The notes under the pieces are model-generated. The model worked only from the letters and a program-made list of their open reading frames with translations, was not told the DNA's origin and did not search any database. A program made the position numbers and the translations under genes. A stretch of DNA of 61,037 nucleotides, filler included, from Chiloscyllium plagiosum (Eukaryota), in NCBI RefSeq assembly GCF_004010195.1. It is 3 parts of one record of this genome, joined end to end, with 100 filler letters (N's around TTAATTAATTAA, not from the genome) between each part and the next. Parts side by side here need not be neighbours in the genome. Positions count along the whole stretch, not along the records: positions 24,862 to 45,418 come from NC_057711.1; positions 45,519 to 61,037 come from NC_057711.1; 1 more part is not named here. One strand, given 5' to 3'. Of the stretch, positions 37,900 to 50,655 are shown piece after piece (the first letter of the stretch is position 1; every line of letters starts with the position of its first letter).

Positions 37900-38076
37900 A
37901 TGAAAGAAATTCTAATTTGTTCAAGTGAATGTATCAATTATTTTAAAAATGTGTTAAAAAGCTGAGTGATTTAAATCGACACTTGCACTTCTTTAAAATA
38001 ATTTAATCAAAGTATTGCTAAAAATAAAAGTATTATTAATGGAGGAATTTAATAGCTGATTCTGGTTTCTCTCCAG

Positions 38077-38126
38077 TTGTTCTATCTGAATTTATCATTG
38101 ATGGGTTAGAGATTGCGGCGTTTGAG
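38077..38126 (+). CDS. Cadherin-related (CDHR2-like) exon, start of last EC repeat
   Basis: ttctctccag|...|gtaaga; phase 1 to 0; VVLSEFIIDGLEIAAFE. Confidence 0.8.
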
Positions 38127-38659
38127 GTAAGATGCTTCAACTTTCGTTAGCTTTGGATATTTTGCTTGAGCCGAGGGGCTGAACTTTGGCAATGAGTGTG
38201 GATACTTCAGGCCAGGAAATTTCCAGACCCACTTTGATGAAAATGCTATTTCTGTTTCATTGGGGTAGGGGTGAGTGGGCTGTGGGATAGACTCTAGGCC
38301 ATCATGGGGTTGAGCAAAGGCACTGGGAACTGAATTTCACATTCTCCACCACAGGATGGGAAATAGAAGTCAGGACTGTTTTCGGCATCAAACCTGCCCT
38401 GCTTTTCTAGGACTTAATCCCAGTTGTTTTAAGATTTGGTAGATTCTCAGACCATTGCCCTCACATACCCTCACTCCCACCCATTCCCTATGTGCTTTCA
38501 TACCTTCCATGCCAACTCACCCAAACCTAATGCCCCTTATATCCACCATGCCAAGTCCATGATTACTCATGCAGTAACTAGCATGGGCAGACTTCAGGAG
38601 TTATATAAAATTGAAAGAAATACATTTCTAATGACTGTAGACATCTCTCACTTGTACAT

Positions 38660-38975
38660 AGACATAGAGATAGAAACATAGAGACATACAGCACGGAAAC
38701 AGACCCTTTGATCCAACTCATCCATGCCAACCAGATATCCTATCCTAATCTAGTCCCATTTGGCAGCATGTGGCCTATATCCCTCTAAACCCTTGCTATT
38801 CATACACCCATTCAGATGTCCATTAAATGCTGTAATTGTACCAGCCTCCATCACTTCCTCTGGCAGCTCATTCTATACACGCACCACCCTCTGTGTGAAA
38901 AAGTTGCCCCTTATGTCCCTTTCAACATTTTTGTGTCTCACCCTAAACCTTTGTCCACTAGTTCTGGAGACATGG
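38660..38975 (-). mobile_element. HER1/CR1 3' fragment
   Basis: Reverse 3' end CATAGAGACATACAGCACGGAAACAGACCC. Confidence 0.88.
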
Positions 38976-40171
38976 GAAAAAATAAGAATTCCTGCCCATT
39001 AGGCCTATTCGTAGCTTTTAAATCTCTTCAAGTGGTTAAAGAAATAAATAAGCGACCATCAAAAACAGTTAATGTTTTAATAAACTGTTTAATTCTACCA
39101 GTGACAATGGAAGGCTGGTGCTGGAAGGGGAGATCTGGCAGCTGAGATACAGTGGGCTGATTTCAGACTAGGAAGTGCTAGCCTCCCTTCCATACCTCCT
39201 GGTTTAAGGAGGCAGCTCATCACCACCTTCTCAAAAGAATTTAGGAGTGGTAGCTCTGTAGCGATGCCCACATCCTGTGAATTAAATAAAAAGAAAAAGC
39301 ATTCTCCTTGTTCTCTTGTACCCAGACCACACCCCATGCTATACGTACCCCATTGACAAGACCCCTGACACCAAATGTACCTGAGCTCCTCAGCACTGGG
39401 GGCTGCATTTATTCTCAGCAGTGGCCACCCCTTTTAGAGTGGGGGCATTCTACTCGAGATGCAGGGAGAAGCCTCATCGTAAAACAATCGATAATGCTTC
39501 TGGTCTTAAAGGAGTGGGTGTGTGGAATTGTGGGGTCGGATCCCCCTAATCTTTGAAATGGGGTGCTGGGGAACACAACTCCCTGAAAAGATCCAGTCTT
39601 TGAGACCCTCTATTGATGAAAACCTTCTTCACACTATTCATCTTCTAGAAGAGAGGAACTAGCCAATGGGATTCGGACCCATGCTGAAGGGAAATGCTGC
39701 TCCTTATATATTTTATTCAAACAATTTAGCATTTGGACCCAATTTAACAATTTCTTATTGAGATCCTATAGCCAAAACAAAATTGGCCCATTGGCTCCAT
39801 TTGATCCACCTCAGAGTAATTCTGTGGGTTTGTTAGTATTTCATGTAATGTGCACCTATCAAGTTTCATTATTCAAACAGAAATCAGATAGTGGCCTTGG
39901 AAGTGAGCAATATAGATTTATGTTTTTAATAAAACTAAAGACCACTTGTAGGTGATTAATTATATGTGAGTCATTGCTGCCTGCACATTTCCCTTTGTCC
40001 CAGTTATGTGCATCCAATCTTTTTAATGTGTACATGCGGATGTATTGAACTTCAGTGCTGATATATCTGTCTCCTCATAGCAAAGCTTCAACTGCTGTAA
40101 ATTACATATATAGATGTCAATCAGATGCATGAGTAATTTAACGATTTTGACGTTTCCATGTGCATATTTAG

Positions 40172-40332
40172 GCCACTGACTATGATGTTGGGAAGAATGG
40201 CATTATTACATTCTGCATTGTGGAAGTCATTTTCTCCACAACGGATGCACTACCAATAAACAAAACAGCGGCAGAATCTTTTTATATTCAAACCTCTTTA
40301 AACAGTGAGCACCTCTGGCAGGGCAGTCTACG
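40172..40332 (+). CDS. Cadherin-related (CDHR2-like) exon with A-x-D-x-D calcium motif
   Basis: tatttag|...|gtaagt; phase 0 to 2; ATDYDVGKNGIITFCIVEVIFSTTDALPINKTAAESFYIQTSLNSEHLWQGSL(R), no stops. Confidence 0.9.
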
Positions 40333-42539
40333 GTAAGTAATACTGTGCTTGGATTTTTGATGTTATCAGTGAGGGGGCATAAAACTAACTGGCGGGGGAA
40401 ATCACAATCCATGATATTGATATCCAAACATGACTGGCCTGACTTTCAGGCCCTCCTATTAACCACTCGCCCCCCTGAGAATGGGCAGGTTGGTGCGTCC
40501 AAATGTCAGTAACATGGCACTCACCAGGGGCATATGCTGCGCACACACCCCTGCCAATTTAACAGATGTGCTTTCAGTGACCTCATTCAGATTCAAAGGC
40601 AGAGGTTCAACATGTAGCCCACGCCAATATTAGCCCCTAGTTATTAGCATCCAGCTTCTGCTGACATTGAAGTAAGATGTGGGAGTGCAAGCTATTTGTA
40701 GAAGGCCTAAGGGTTTGTTAATGGCCTGCACCTTGTGTAACCTCTTGCCCTGAGTTACAATGGGGATTTAATCAGTTTGTAAGAAATACCTTGGCTCTCT
40801 CTTTTAATTGTGTCAGCTATACACTCAAGTTAGAAAAATCAGACTAAGAGATTTCGATCGAGAGTATCAATTGAGCAGACTTGATGGGCCGAATGGCTTA
40901 CTTCTCCTCTTTTGTCTTACTGTCTATTTGCTCCATCACCAATAGCACACAGTACAACATTGTGCTGTTGGATTAAATCAATTTGTCAGTGAATACTTCT
41001 TGCAATGTATTAGAAAAACCTTTCAATAAACCTCACTACACCCTAATTACCTAATGAACAATTTGAATACTAGTTTTTGCAAAGCAAGAAATAAAGATTA
41101 GCAACAAAAATGGCAACATATTGCATTTATATTGCACTTTGCATAGAATTACATGCAGCACAGAAACTGGTCACATGGTCCAACTAGCCATTCCAACTGC
41201 ATCATCTCAACCTTTCAGTCAATCTTTCTGTTTCTTTTCCTTCCTGAATGCATCAAACTTCTATTAAAGTAAATAAAAATAATTTATATTACAAATTTTG
41301 AATAGCCCGCAATTAATTTTTATTGCAATTTTTAAGTATTGTAAATCTGCTGTTGAGATTCTGTTTTAAACTGTAAATCTTGGGAGCAGTAGCATTTGAG
41401 ATAGCTTTGATCTTGTGCAAATGACAGTTTTATTTTATCCTTTACTACTGACAAATTTGGGTTTCTGCAGAAGCTGAAACTGGAGAGTCTCAATCGCATC
41501 CTGTCGTAGCGAAGTGCACATTCTTAATCAATTTTTCTACTGAAAGAAATTTGTCTTTGTTTACTATCTGGATTTATGACCTTTCCATTATACACCAAGC
41601 CAAGGCAATTCACAAGAGGGTCACTAAAGAATATTTAACACTGATCCACATAAGAAACTATTAGGACAGGCGGTCAACGACTTAAGGCTGGATAGTACAT
41701 GCCCCCTCTGTTTTTGGTAGGATGGGTGGAAATATAATATTGATTAGGTAGCTAGCCCATCCACTTCCCACTCATCCCATCTTAGGGAATGGACATTGTC
41801 ATCCACCCACTGATTGCAAATAAATAGTTAAAAGCTTATTTAAAAGCTCAATTGACAATATGACACTATTTATACAATAAAATGATTGGTGTGAGCAGGC
41901 TGGCAGGAGTGGGATCTTTCTTTGAAAACAGTGGGAAGGAGGGGATGCTATTTTCAGGGTGAAGCTCTTTAAACCAGCACCATTCCCCCCAACCTCCTTC
42001 CTGGCTGCAAAGTGATATGCCTCCCGCCAATCCATTCCCACCTTCCTGGGATGCCATGAAAAACCTGGCCCAAAGGTACATGCCAGTGTCCTTCAGCTCA
42101 GGATCCACTGGGCCTTCTTTGTGTGACTGTCTGTTCCCCCTGGCAGCACACTGTGAGGAGCTCTGGCACAGGCTGGACTACAGGAGCTAACGGCTGATCA
42201 AATTGACTGGCAGCTTGAAAGGGTAGAATTTCTGCCCAATGAGGGGTGAAATTGTACCTGCCCACAGCCCGTTATTACTGTGAGGTTGGAATTTCTGGGC
42301 CAGTCAGTCGTCTGTAGACCTTTTTCTAGGGGTTGCCATCCAAAGGCCCCCGAATTCTCAGGAATTTTTGGGCCTTGGTTTTTAAGGAAATTGTTGAAGA
42401 GCTAAAGACAAGAAGAGTTTAAGGAAGGGATTTCCCAGGCGCAATGCCCATATTGTCATCTGTCAGGTACACAGATCGAGTGTACCTGACAATTGTGATA
42501 CTTACATACTTAGACTTAGTGGACCAATGGACAACAATA

Positions 42540-42855
42540 GAGTGACATGATGGTTCAGTGGTTGGCAATGCTGCCTCACGTACCAGGGATCCAGGTTCGA
42601 TTCCAACCTTGGGTGACTGTCTATGTGGAGTTTGCATGTTCTCCCTGTGTCTGCATGGGTTTGCTCCAGTTTCCTCCTATAGTCCAAAGATGTGCAGGGT
42701 GCATGAATTTCCCTTGCTAAATTGCCCATTGTGTTCAGGGATGTGTAGGCTAGGTGCATTAGTCAGGGGAAATGGGTGTAGATGGGATACTCTTCAGAGG
42801 GTCAGGGTGCACTTGTTGGGCCAAATGTCCTGTTTCCACACTGTAGCACTTCTAT
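42540..42855 (+). mobile_element. HE1-type SINE
   Basis: Diverged head and TGTGGAGTTTGCA core. Confidence 0.88.
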
Positions 42856-43074
42856 GAAGACTCTGGCTATTAGCCTTAGTCCATTGCAATACCCTTCCCT
42901 CCAACCTGAGTCACGTTCTTGAAGGTCCTTCTTAAATGGACTTTGTTGCATCTTCCTTGGCCCTCCCCATGTATGATTTTCCCATCTGCTGGTGTCCGAT
43001 GGACTGTACAACCAGGAGGCAGAATAGTGGCCTTCCAGTCTTAGCAATTGTTTGTGTTGTTGTTTTATTTCAAG

Positions 43075-43177
43075 AATAAAAAATCATTTGGACTTTACAC
43101 GGAAGGGAGGCTGGAAGGTAAAGGTTGCTGCCATTGATGGAGGATTACCCAGCAACAGTGTTCATCACCTATTAGAA
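43075..43177 (+). CDS. Cadherin-related (CDHR2-like) exon, end of last EC repeat
   Basis: ttttatttcaag|...|gtaagt; phase 2 to 0; (R)IKNHLDFTRKGGWKVKVAAIDGGLPSNSVHHLLE. Confidence 0.9.
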
Positions 43178-43864
43178 GTAAGTCTGTATTTCACTACAAT
43201 GTTTTGTCTTTTGCACTTTGAATCTTGGAATTGAAAGTAGGTGATGTGTGATGATAATTATGGGAGGTGATTTTCTTTTTGTCTGAGGATCGTGCAAGTC
43301 TGTTCATCAAGATTTCTGCAGTTTGACATTTCTTCCAACATTTTAAATTCTGTCTTTTCCAGTCACATTATCCCACCATTAAGAATTTCTTGAGAACTTC
43401 TCCCTATCCCCATCACCTCAAAAGGTATGCTCGCAGACTTTGAAAAATTCAGGAGATTGTCCATGCAATTAGGGACACGAATCATGCACCCTTACCCTTT
43501 CCTATTTCTTATTTACTTGTTGGTCCTCAATGACACCACGCAAAAATAGCAGGGTCCACACCTTCACTAAGAGTCTGTAACTCCAGGTCATTACTACCCT
43601 CTCTCTGCTGTGTCACAGAGTGCTTGTCTGACACTCAAGCAATACAAATTCCTGCACTTATTCAAAATGCATTGTAGTTCTGGATCCAGAGGTCCAACCC
43701 TCATTTCCAATAACCTTCTTTTTGTTGGAAGAGAAACAGTAGCAGGAAAAAACTCACACAACACAAACTCAGCTAGCCCATAGTGAACACAGTGCTGAGT
43801 TCAAACAGACCGAATCTTTGTTGGACCACAGACCATATCCCGCAGTTAGAAATTTTTAGAGTAG

Positions 43865-44822
43865 ACAATCATTTATATAAATGATTTGGATGTGAATACA
43901 GGAGGTATAGTTAGTAAGTTTGCAGATAGAAGGTGAGTGGACAGTGAAGAAGGTTACCTCACAATACAACAGGACCTTGATCAGATGAGCTGATGGGCCA
44001 AGGAATGGCAGATAGAGTTTTAGATAAATGTGAGGTGCTGCACTTTGGAAAGGCAAATCAGAGCAGGACTTATACACTAAATAATAAGGTCCTGGGGAGT
44101 GTTGCTGAACAAAGAGACCCTGGAGTGCAGGTTCATAATTACTTGGAAGTGGAGTCGCAGTAGACAGGATAGAGAAGAAGGCACTTGGTATGCTTTCCTT
44201 TATTGGTCAGAGCATTGAGTATAGGAGTTGGGGGTCATGCTGCAGCTGTAGAGAACATTGACTGGGCCTCTTTTGGAATACTGCGTGCAATTCTGGTCTC
44301 CCTGCTATAGAAAGAAAATTGTGAAACTTGAAAGAATTGAGAAAAGATTTACAAGGCAGTTGCTAGGGTTGGAGGGTTTGAGTTACAAGGGAGAGGCTAA
44401 GTAGACTGGGGTTATTTTCCCTGAAGGGTCAGAGGCTGAGAAGTGACCTTATAGAACTTTATAAAATCATGAGGGGCATGGATGGGGTAAATAGACAAGG
44501 TCTTTTCCCTCGGGTAGGTGAGTCCAGAACTAGAGGGCATATATTTAGGGTGAGAGGGGAAAAATTTAAAGGGACCTAAACGGCAACTTTTTCACACAGA
44601 GGGTGATGCGTGTATGGAATGAGCTGCCAGAGGAAGTGGTAGAGGCTGATACAGTTACAAAATTTAAAAGACATCTGGGATGTGTATAGGAAAGGTTTAG
44701 AGGGATATTAGCCAAATGCTGGCAAATAGGACTAGATTAATTTAGGATATCTGATCGACATGAACGAGTTGGACAGAAGGATCTGTTTTTGTGCTGTACA
44801 TCTCAGTGACTCTATGACTCTA
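43865..44822 (+). mobile_element. HER1/CR1 3' 0.95 kb
   Basis: FIYINDLDVN..GIVSKFAD, KCEVLHFGK, (CTCTATGA)n tail. Confidence 0.92.
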
Positions 44823-44912
44823 AGTACTTTAAAGGGTGATAAAGTATGTGAAATTGTTAAGCTGTCTGGTAATGTAAATAGCCAGCATTTTAAATTTTTG
44901 AAATGAAAAGCA

Positions 44913-45151
44913 TGTTGAAATACTTTCACCAAGGCAGGTATTGAGTCAGCAAGTCACCCTTTATTTACACTTGCAGAGTGCATGATACTGACCAAGCGAG
45001 CACAGAGCCAGTTTCTAGAGTGAGCAAAATCTCTGACTCTCCTGTTTAAACCTGTCAGCCAGAGCTCCCTAATTAGATTGGTTTAAAATCCCCAATCAGG
45101 GAACTCATACTCTATGAGGACCACTGGGCTGACCTCATTACAATAACTACA
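44913..45151 (-). mobile_element. Short solo-LTR-like element
   Basis: TG...CA termini, AATAAA on -; related partial copy at about 57090-57207 (+). No TSD seen. Confidence 0.6.
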
Positions 45152-45159
45152 CCTGTCTG

Positions 45160-45418
45160 TATCTGAGTGAAGAAGTTTCTCCTCATCTCTATCCTAAATA
45201 ACCTACCCCTTATTTTTAAGCTGTGTCCTCTGGTTCGGGACTCACCCATCAGCGGAAACATGTTTCCTGCCTCCAGAGTGTCCAATCCTTTCATAATCTT
45301 ATATGTCTCAATCAGATCCCCTCTCAGTCATCTAAACTCAAGGGTATACAAGCCCAGTCGCTCCAATCTTTCAACATAAGATAGTCCTGCCATTCCAGGA
45401 ATTGACCTCGTGAACCTA
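45160..45418 (-). mobile_element. CR1 ORF2 C-terminal fragment
   Basis: MKGLDTLEAGNMFPLMGESRTRGHSLKIRGRLFRIEMRRNFFTQ. Confidence 0.9.
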
Positions 45419-45518
45419 NNNNNNNNNNNNNNNNNNNNNNNNNNNNNNNNNNNNNNNNNNNNTTAATTAATTAANNNNNNNNNNNNNNNNNNNNNNNNNN
45501 NNNNNNNNNNNNNNNNNN

Positions 45519-45760
45519 GGTGTCTTGAATGTATGTGGGGAGTTCCGGGACTGGGGGGGTATAGGACAGTGGAGATAGGTAGGAGTTCAGTGGGGCAGGA
45601 GCATGCTGAGACAATGGGTCAGCCAGGGTGGTCAGGCTTGTGAATCTTGGGAAGGAGGTAGGACCGGGCAGTGCGGGGTTCCCGGACTATGAGGTTGGAA
45701 GCTGTGGGTGGGAGATCTCCTGAGGTGATGAGGTTCTGTATGGTCTGGGAGATGATGGTG
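45519..45760 (-). mobile_element. PLE RT fragment
   Basis: Homologous to about 4800-5050 (LPKIHKPDHPG.PIVSACS). Confidence 0.88.
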
Positions 45761-45779
45761 AACTCTAGCCATTTTCATA

Positions 45780-46140
45780 TCATTAATTCATGTGACCTGG
45801 GTGTCACTGGCTGGGCCAGCATTATTCTTCATTCCTCGTTGCCCTTGAAAAGTTGGTGGTGAAGCAACTCCTAGAACTGCTGCAGTCCCTGCGCTGTAGA
45901 TAGAGCTACAATGCCATGAGGAAGGGAATTCTGGGATTTTGACCAAATGACACTGAAGAAACAACAATATATTTCCAAGTCAGGATGGTGAGCGTCACGG
46001 AAGAGAACTTGCAGATGATGAGGTTCCCATATCTGTTGCCCTTGTCCTTTAGATGGAAGTGATCATGAGTTTGGAAGGTGCTGTTTAAGGAGCCTTGGTG
46101 AATTTCTGCAGTGCATCTTGAAAAAAGTACATACTGCTGT
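45780..46140 (-). mobile_element. Second LINE family 3' end
   Basis: Antisense match to 830-1217. Confidence 0.85.
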
Positions 46141-46976
46141 TACTTTGACTTTCCTCCTAAAAATATTGCATGTAAATTTCCACCATGATATTTCTAGTGC
46201 CAAACTGAAGACAGACCAGAAATGTAAACAATACTGCAATTGAAGTCAAAGGTCTTTGCCACAGATCATTCCCAATAACACTAGGAATAGATCAGGATCA
46301 AATTGTTCCCTGATTAAAAAAAAGACCTGCACTTGTGATCCCAGAGCTGCCAGTTTGCTACTGACCTCTCCAGGAACTGACTGGTATTACATTCTCCTTC
46401 TTTAGTTCTTTGTCCAAAGGTAGGTTCAACTTATAGAGACGTGTCCATCACCCCAGGAAGGGCAAGAAGGCTTGTCCTGGATCCACCCGAGCTGGGACAG
46501 AGATGGCAGACACTCCAGTTCTGTCCATTGGACGGTGATCAGTAATAATGTTGACTGCCTGCCCCGTTTTGCTACACCATGAAAAGATCTTGAACCCAGA
46601 GCTTCTGGACCAGAGTCAGGGACATTACCCACTGCATCACAAGTATTGTCAAGGAAGTTTTTCTTTAATTTTCAACTTTTCAACGAAAAGGCCCTCCCTC
46701 TCCTCAGTATTGTTCATGTGCTTGTTGCAAACTTCTGTCAGTATTTAGCACTGGCAGCATTGCTCAATGTACAATGGTGTAACTGATCTGTGTTTGATTA
46801 TGGATTCTGTTTACAATTGGTGCTTTCTCGGCTAGATTGGTTAAGCCTGAGTGTGAGCTCAAGAAACATGACCATTCAAAAGAAAGTCCTGAAGGCCAGG
46901 TTGTAAGCATGAGTCCAGATATTTTGTCAATACCGAGAGGCCTATGAATAAAAATATTTACATACGTAGAAACTAA

Positions 46977-47028
46977 ACCACTCTAATCTAGACTCTGGTT
47001 TCCAGCATCTGCAGTCCTTGTTTTTACC
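46977..47028 (+). mobile_element. 52-bp PLE tail insertion
   Basis: CCAGCATCTGCAGTCCT PLE end flanked by TA(C/T)GTAGAAACTAA duplication (46963-46976, 47029-47042). Confidence 0.8.
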
Positions 47029-47596
47029 TATGTAGAAACTAATGTCATCTCTGTATAGCTCTGAAATATAAAATTAACAACATTCAGGACTGGGCCACCC
47101 AACCAACTCAGTCATAAATTAAACATAGCTAAGGGAAACAAACACTCCTTGTCTAATGTTTCTGTCTTTCTTATGGCCATTTTCGCAAGCACAAGCAATG
47201 GTTTTTCCCTCTGCCTCACTCTCTGCCTGTATGCTTGCTCTGCGCCTCATTAAATAAAAAGAGAAGGGTTTTAGTTTAGCATAGTGTTGTGTGTGGTTGC
47301 CATTGCATCACAAGACCTCATCCTCCACCAACTGTGCAGCACCATATTCCAATCCTCTTACTATCATCCTTCATAAGGCACTAAGAATTTGGTGGCTAAT
47401 AAGTCTGAGACAGTGGCATGAACGTGATGACACATAAAATAAAATAAAATAGAGGAAGATTCCCAAGCACTTTATAGTTTCTTGCAATCATTTTTCTTTG
47501 GATTTAGTTTTTGAAAAGCAAAGAATAAAATGGCTCTGGGTGTAGTGAGGCATGAGGATCAAAAATGAATATTTTCTGTCATTCTACCCACCTGTA

Positions 47597-47800
47597 AGTG
47601 GCTGCCTAGCTTGGTTGGCTAGAGCCTGGTTGTGGTGCAGAGTGGCAATGTGGTTCAATCCCTGTGCTGGCTGAGGTTACCGTGAAGGTCCCATTTTTCA
47701 ATGAAGCTTGTCTGAGGCTTGGTGACCCTCAGGTTAAGCCACCACCTGCTGTCTCTTTCTAATGAGAGAATGGTCCTCTGGGATGATGGTAACATTATCC
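47597..47800 (+). mobile_element. Old tRNA-derived SINE
   Basis: A-box-like TAGCTTGGTTGG and B box GGTTCAATCCC followed by a non-tRNA body. Confidence 0.6.
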
Positions 47801-48380
47801 ACCTTTGTCAATGGTAGATTGCTATAAACCACGTTGTACATTGCTAGTTTCACAATTTATAAAGCTGCTCTTTCTAAATGTCAAACTGTTGAGTTCTTGT
47901 AGCACAGACTCTTATTTCACATTAGATTAAAGAAACAAGCTTCTTCATAAACTTCACTGATAATGGTGCTAGAAACTAATTCTGCAATGTTTTTGGAAGG
48001 TTTATTTTTTCTGCCAGGCCTTTATTAGAAAAGGTAACAAATTCCAACGTGCCTTCCCATTGGTCATGGGAGTATCTTCAGGGCCAGTAGAGTTTTGATC
48101 ACAGCAGTCACAATGGCAGACTCTTTGAGCCAATCATGATTAATATTAGTACAGGATTTAATGGTGCCCTAAGTTGTGTGATTCTGGTGGTAACCAATTC
48201 TCGGATGACCTATTGTTCCATTCCTCACTTTTTGCACCATCATGACTTGACCTATTTCCAATATCTAGCTGGAACTTGCACAGCTTACTATAGACACCTC
48301 CAGTACTAGAGGTGAAGGAGAGGAGTCCCTTGTGATTGACATCAGGATTGAGGGGGGAAAGATGCATGTATTGTGCTAAG

Positions 48381-49012
48381 TGTGACAATGCTATGGCTTT
48401 AAAAGTTACTTTTTCCTGGTTTGTTTTTGAAGCAAGGTTGTGAGGCAGAGGTACTGAGCAGACTGGGATAATGTAAACAGCTTGGGAGGTCTTGGCTTTT
48501 TTTTTAATGCAGTCTGAATGGGTATGGCCAGCTCTCGCAGATCCATCTTTTTGGATTTTGGTTTTTGCAGTAGCATCGGAAATTATTGGGGTCTCAACAG
48601 AGTTAGAAGCTTTAGTGAATATCTCCTGGCTGCTACTCTCTCTGAATTGATGTTTTTTTCCTCCAGATTGGAGAATTGCATGTGAGAATCTGTGTCTGAA
48701 TATTCCTTTTTGCCAAGGGATGTGTCCATGGGATGTTGCAATATTGGAACAGTTAATTAGTCATCTCTACTGTATCTATTATTCTGTTAAGTTTTCCAAT
48801 CGAGTTAAGTTATTCTAAGTTCCTTTCTCTTTGGTTGTATTTTTAACTGGGCAGTGTTTAAATAAATTGTTTTTTGCTTAACGTTGAGTAGTTTGACCAG
48901 TCGCATTGCATCTGGAACACGACACTTCACATTTGCCTTTAAAATAAGAAAACGTTAGTGTCTAGGCTACCTTCTTAAAGTATTTTGAGGGGATCTGGTC
49001 TGGTCCATAACA
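48381..49012 (+). mobile_element. Solo LTR, about 630 bp
   Basis: TGTGAC...ATAACA termini, AATAAA near 48861, non-coding; TSD not evident. Confidence 0.6.
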
Positions 49013-49896
49013 AATGTCCCTGCCAAGAATAGCTTTATAAGTTGCCTGCCACAATAGTTTCCCATCTACACATTGAGATTCTAATTTCAAAGCATAGATT
49101 TTCAATATTCAAATCAATAATGCCATTACCAACCTTTACTGTTCAAAACAATGCACAGTTAATCCTTCCACACCAACATATCCTCCACTCATTGGATGAT
49201 GGCTCAAAGCCACAGATCCCCCTCCCCATCCTCCATGTGTGTCGGGAATGTGCTGGTGGTATTTATACTACATTTAATAGCTAATTCAACCTGTGTGGCC
49301 CATGCACTAACAATGTACTGCATATGTTGTACCTAGCCAGTGCCAGTAGAGAAAGATTGACTTTAATGGAAAATAAAAGTCATTTCCATTTTTAATATAA
49401 AATGGAACAAAAACAAAGACAGGTATACTATTAAGGTCACACTTTAGTTATATTATATCAGTTATATGACAAGATGTGGGCCTATCTGGGCCACAGACAG
49501 TATTTTGTGGGTAGAGAGAGAGAGTGGGGGGGAAGAGTGACCCAAAAGCTAAAGCAACCCTGTCTTGGCTGTTTGAGGGACACACAGCCACATTTTTCAA
49601 ACATTTGGGAACTAGTTAGTTGTTGCTGGAGCTCTCATCCCTTTACAGGAAGAGAATTTGCCTTCAAGAACAGCCATTGTGGTGACTGCACATCGTAGAG
49701 AAGGCATCAGTGGAGCAAGCTGCCCTCCCATCTCTATGTGTAATGTGGGTTGCTGAGGTGGGTGTGTAGTGAGGTATTTACTAGGGATGGGAAGGGTGAG
49801 TTGATATGGGCAGAAGGAATGTGGCCATAGGGATTCCTCGTGGATCATGGATTTGGAAAGTTTTTTGCCTACAATGAGGATGCAAGACGGATGGAT

Positions 49897-49930
49897 ATCC
49901 TGATGAAGGGCTTTTGCCCGAAACGTCGAT
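49897..49930 (+). ncRNA. Minimal hammerhead ribozyme, intact core
   Basis: ATC-CTGATGA-AGGGC TTTT GCCC-GAAACGTC-GAT. Confidence 0.82.
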
Positions 49931-50027
49931 TTTCCTGCTCCTCAGATGCTGTCTGACTTGCTGTGCCTTTCCAGCACTATTCTAATCTTGACTCTAATCT
50001 CCAGCATCTACAGTACCCACTTTCGCC
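49901..50027 (+). mobile_element. PLE terminal mini-insertion
   Basis: 9-bp TSD TGGATATCC (49892-49900, 50028-50036); body matches the PLE end. Confidence 0.9.
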
Positions 50028-50414
50028 TGGATATCCCTAACTGGCAGGTAGAGTGCCTCAGTTGGAATCTTGGTAGGAGGACTGTCTTTCACCCTCTCCA
50101 ACGCGAGTGAAATACCATGGCATGGCGAGGACAAAACCTTGCTTTCTTTCACCATTTTAAAGGTTTAGGCAATACCTAGAGACCAGGTAAAATCCAGGCC
50201 TCTGTGGAAATCATGCCAATGTTTCATAGAGCTCGTTATTTACTAAGACACACTCCAAGCAAAAACAATTAATTGAAAAATACTTAATCCAAGTAACTTC
50301 CTCACTATTGAAGTTTTCCATGAGTGACATGGTGTATTTGTGAATTGTGCTAAAGACATAATTTTTTAAAAAATGTTACACATTTTAAATTATGTTTGAG
50401 ACGACCAGATCTGG

Positions 50415-50655
50415 ATATTTTCCCTAATCAACCTGTTCAGAGATGTTATTACTACACAACTCTGAAGCAAGTAAGACGTGAACCCAGGCCTTCTGTCCCA
50501 GAGGTAGGGAAACTACTATTGCACTTTAGAACCTCATGACAACATCTAATGATCTACCTGTTTGGGCATTTTGTAATGCACAAGGCTGATAGGCCTTGAA
50601 CTTGGATCTTCGCCCCAGAGATACAGACAATACCACTATGCCTCAAGATCATCAT
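50415..50655 (-). mobile_element. Second copy of the dimeric tRNA SINE
   Basis: CTAATCAACCTGTTCAGAGATGTTATT unit twice; homologous to 37660-37899. Confidence 0.75.

Noticed and set aside
47926..47999. Candidate first MAD exon
   Set aside because: Stop in the required phase and a poorer match than the 50743 candidate.
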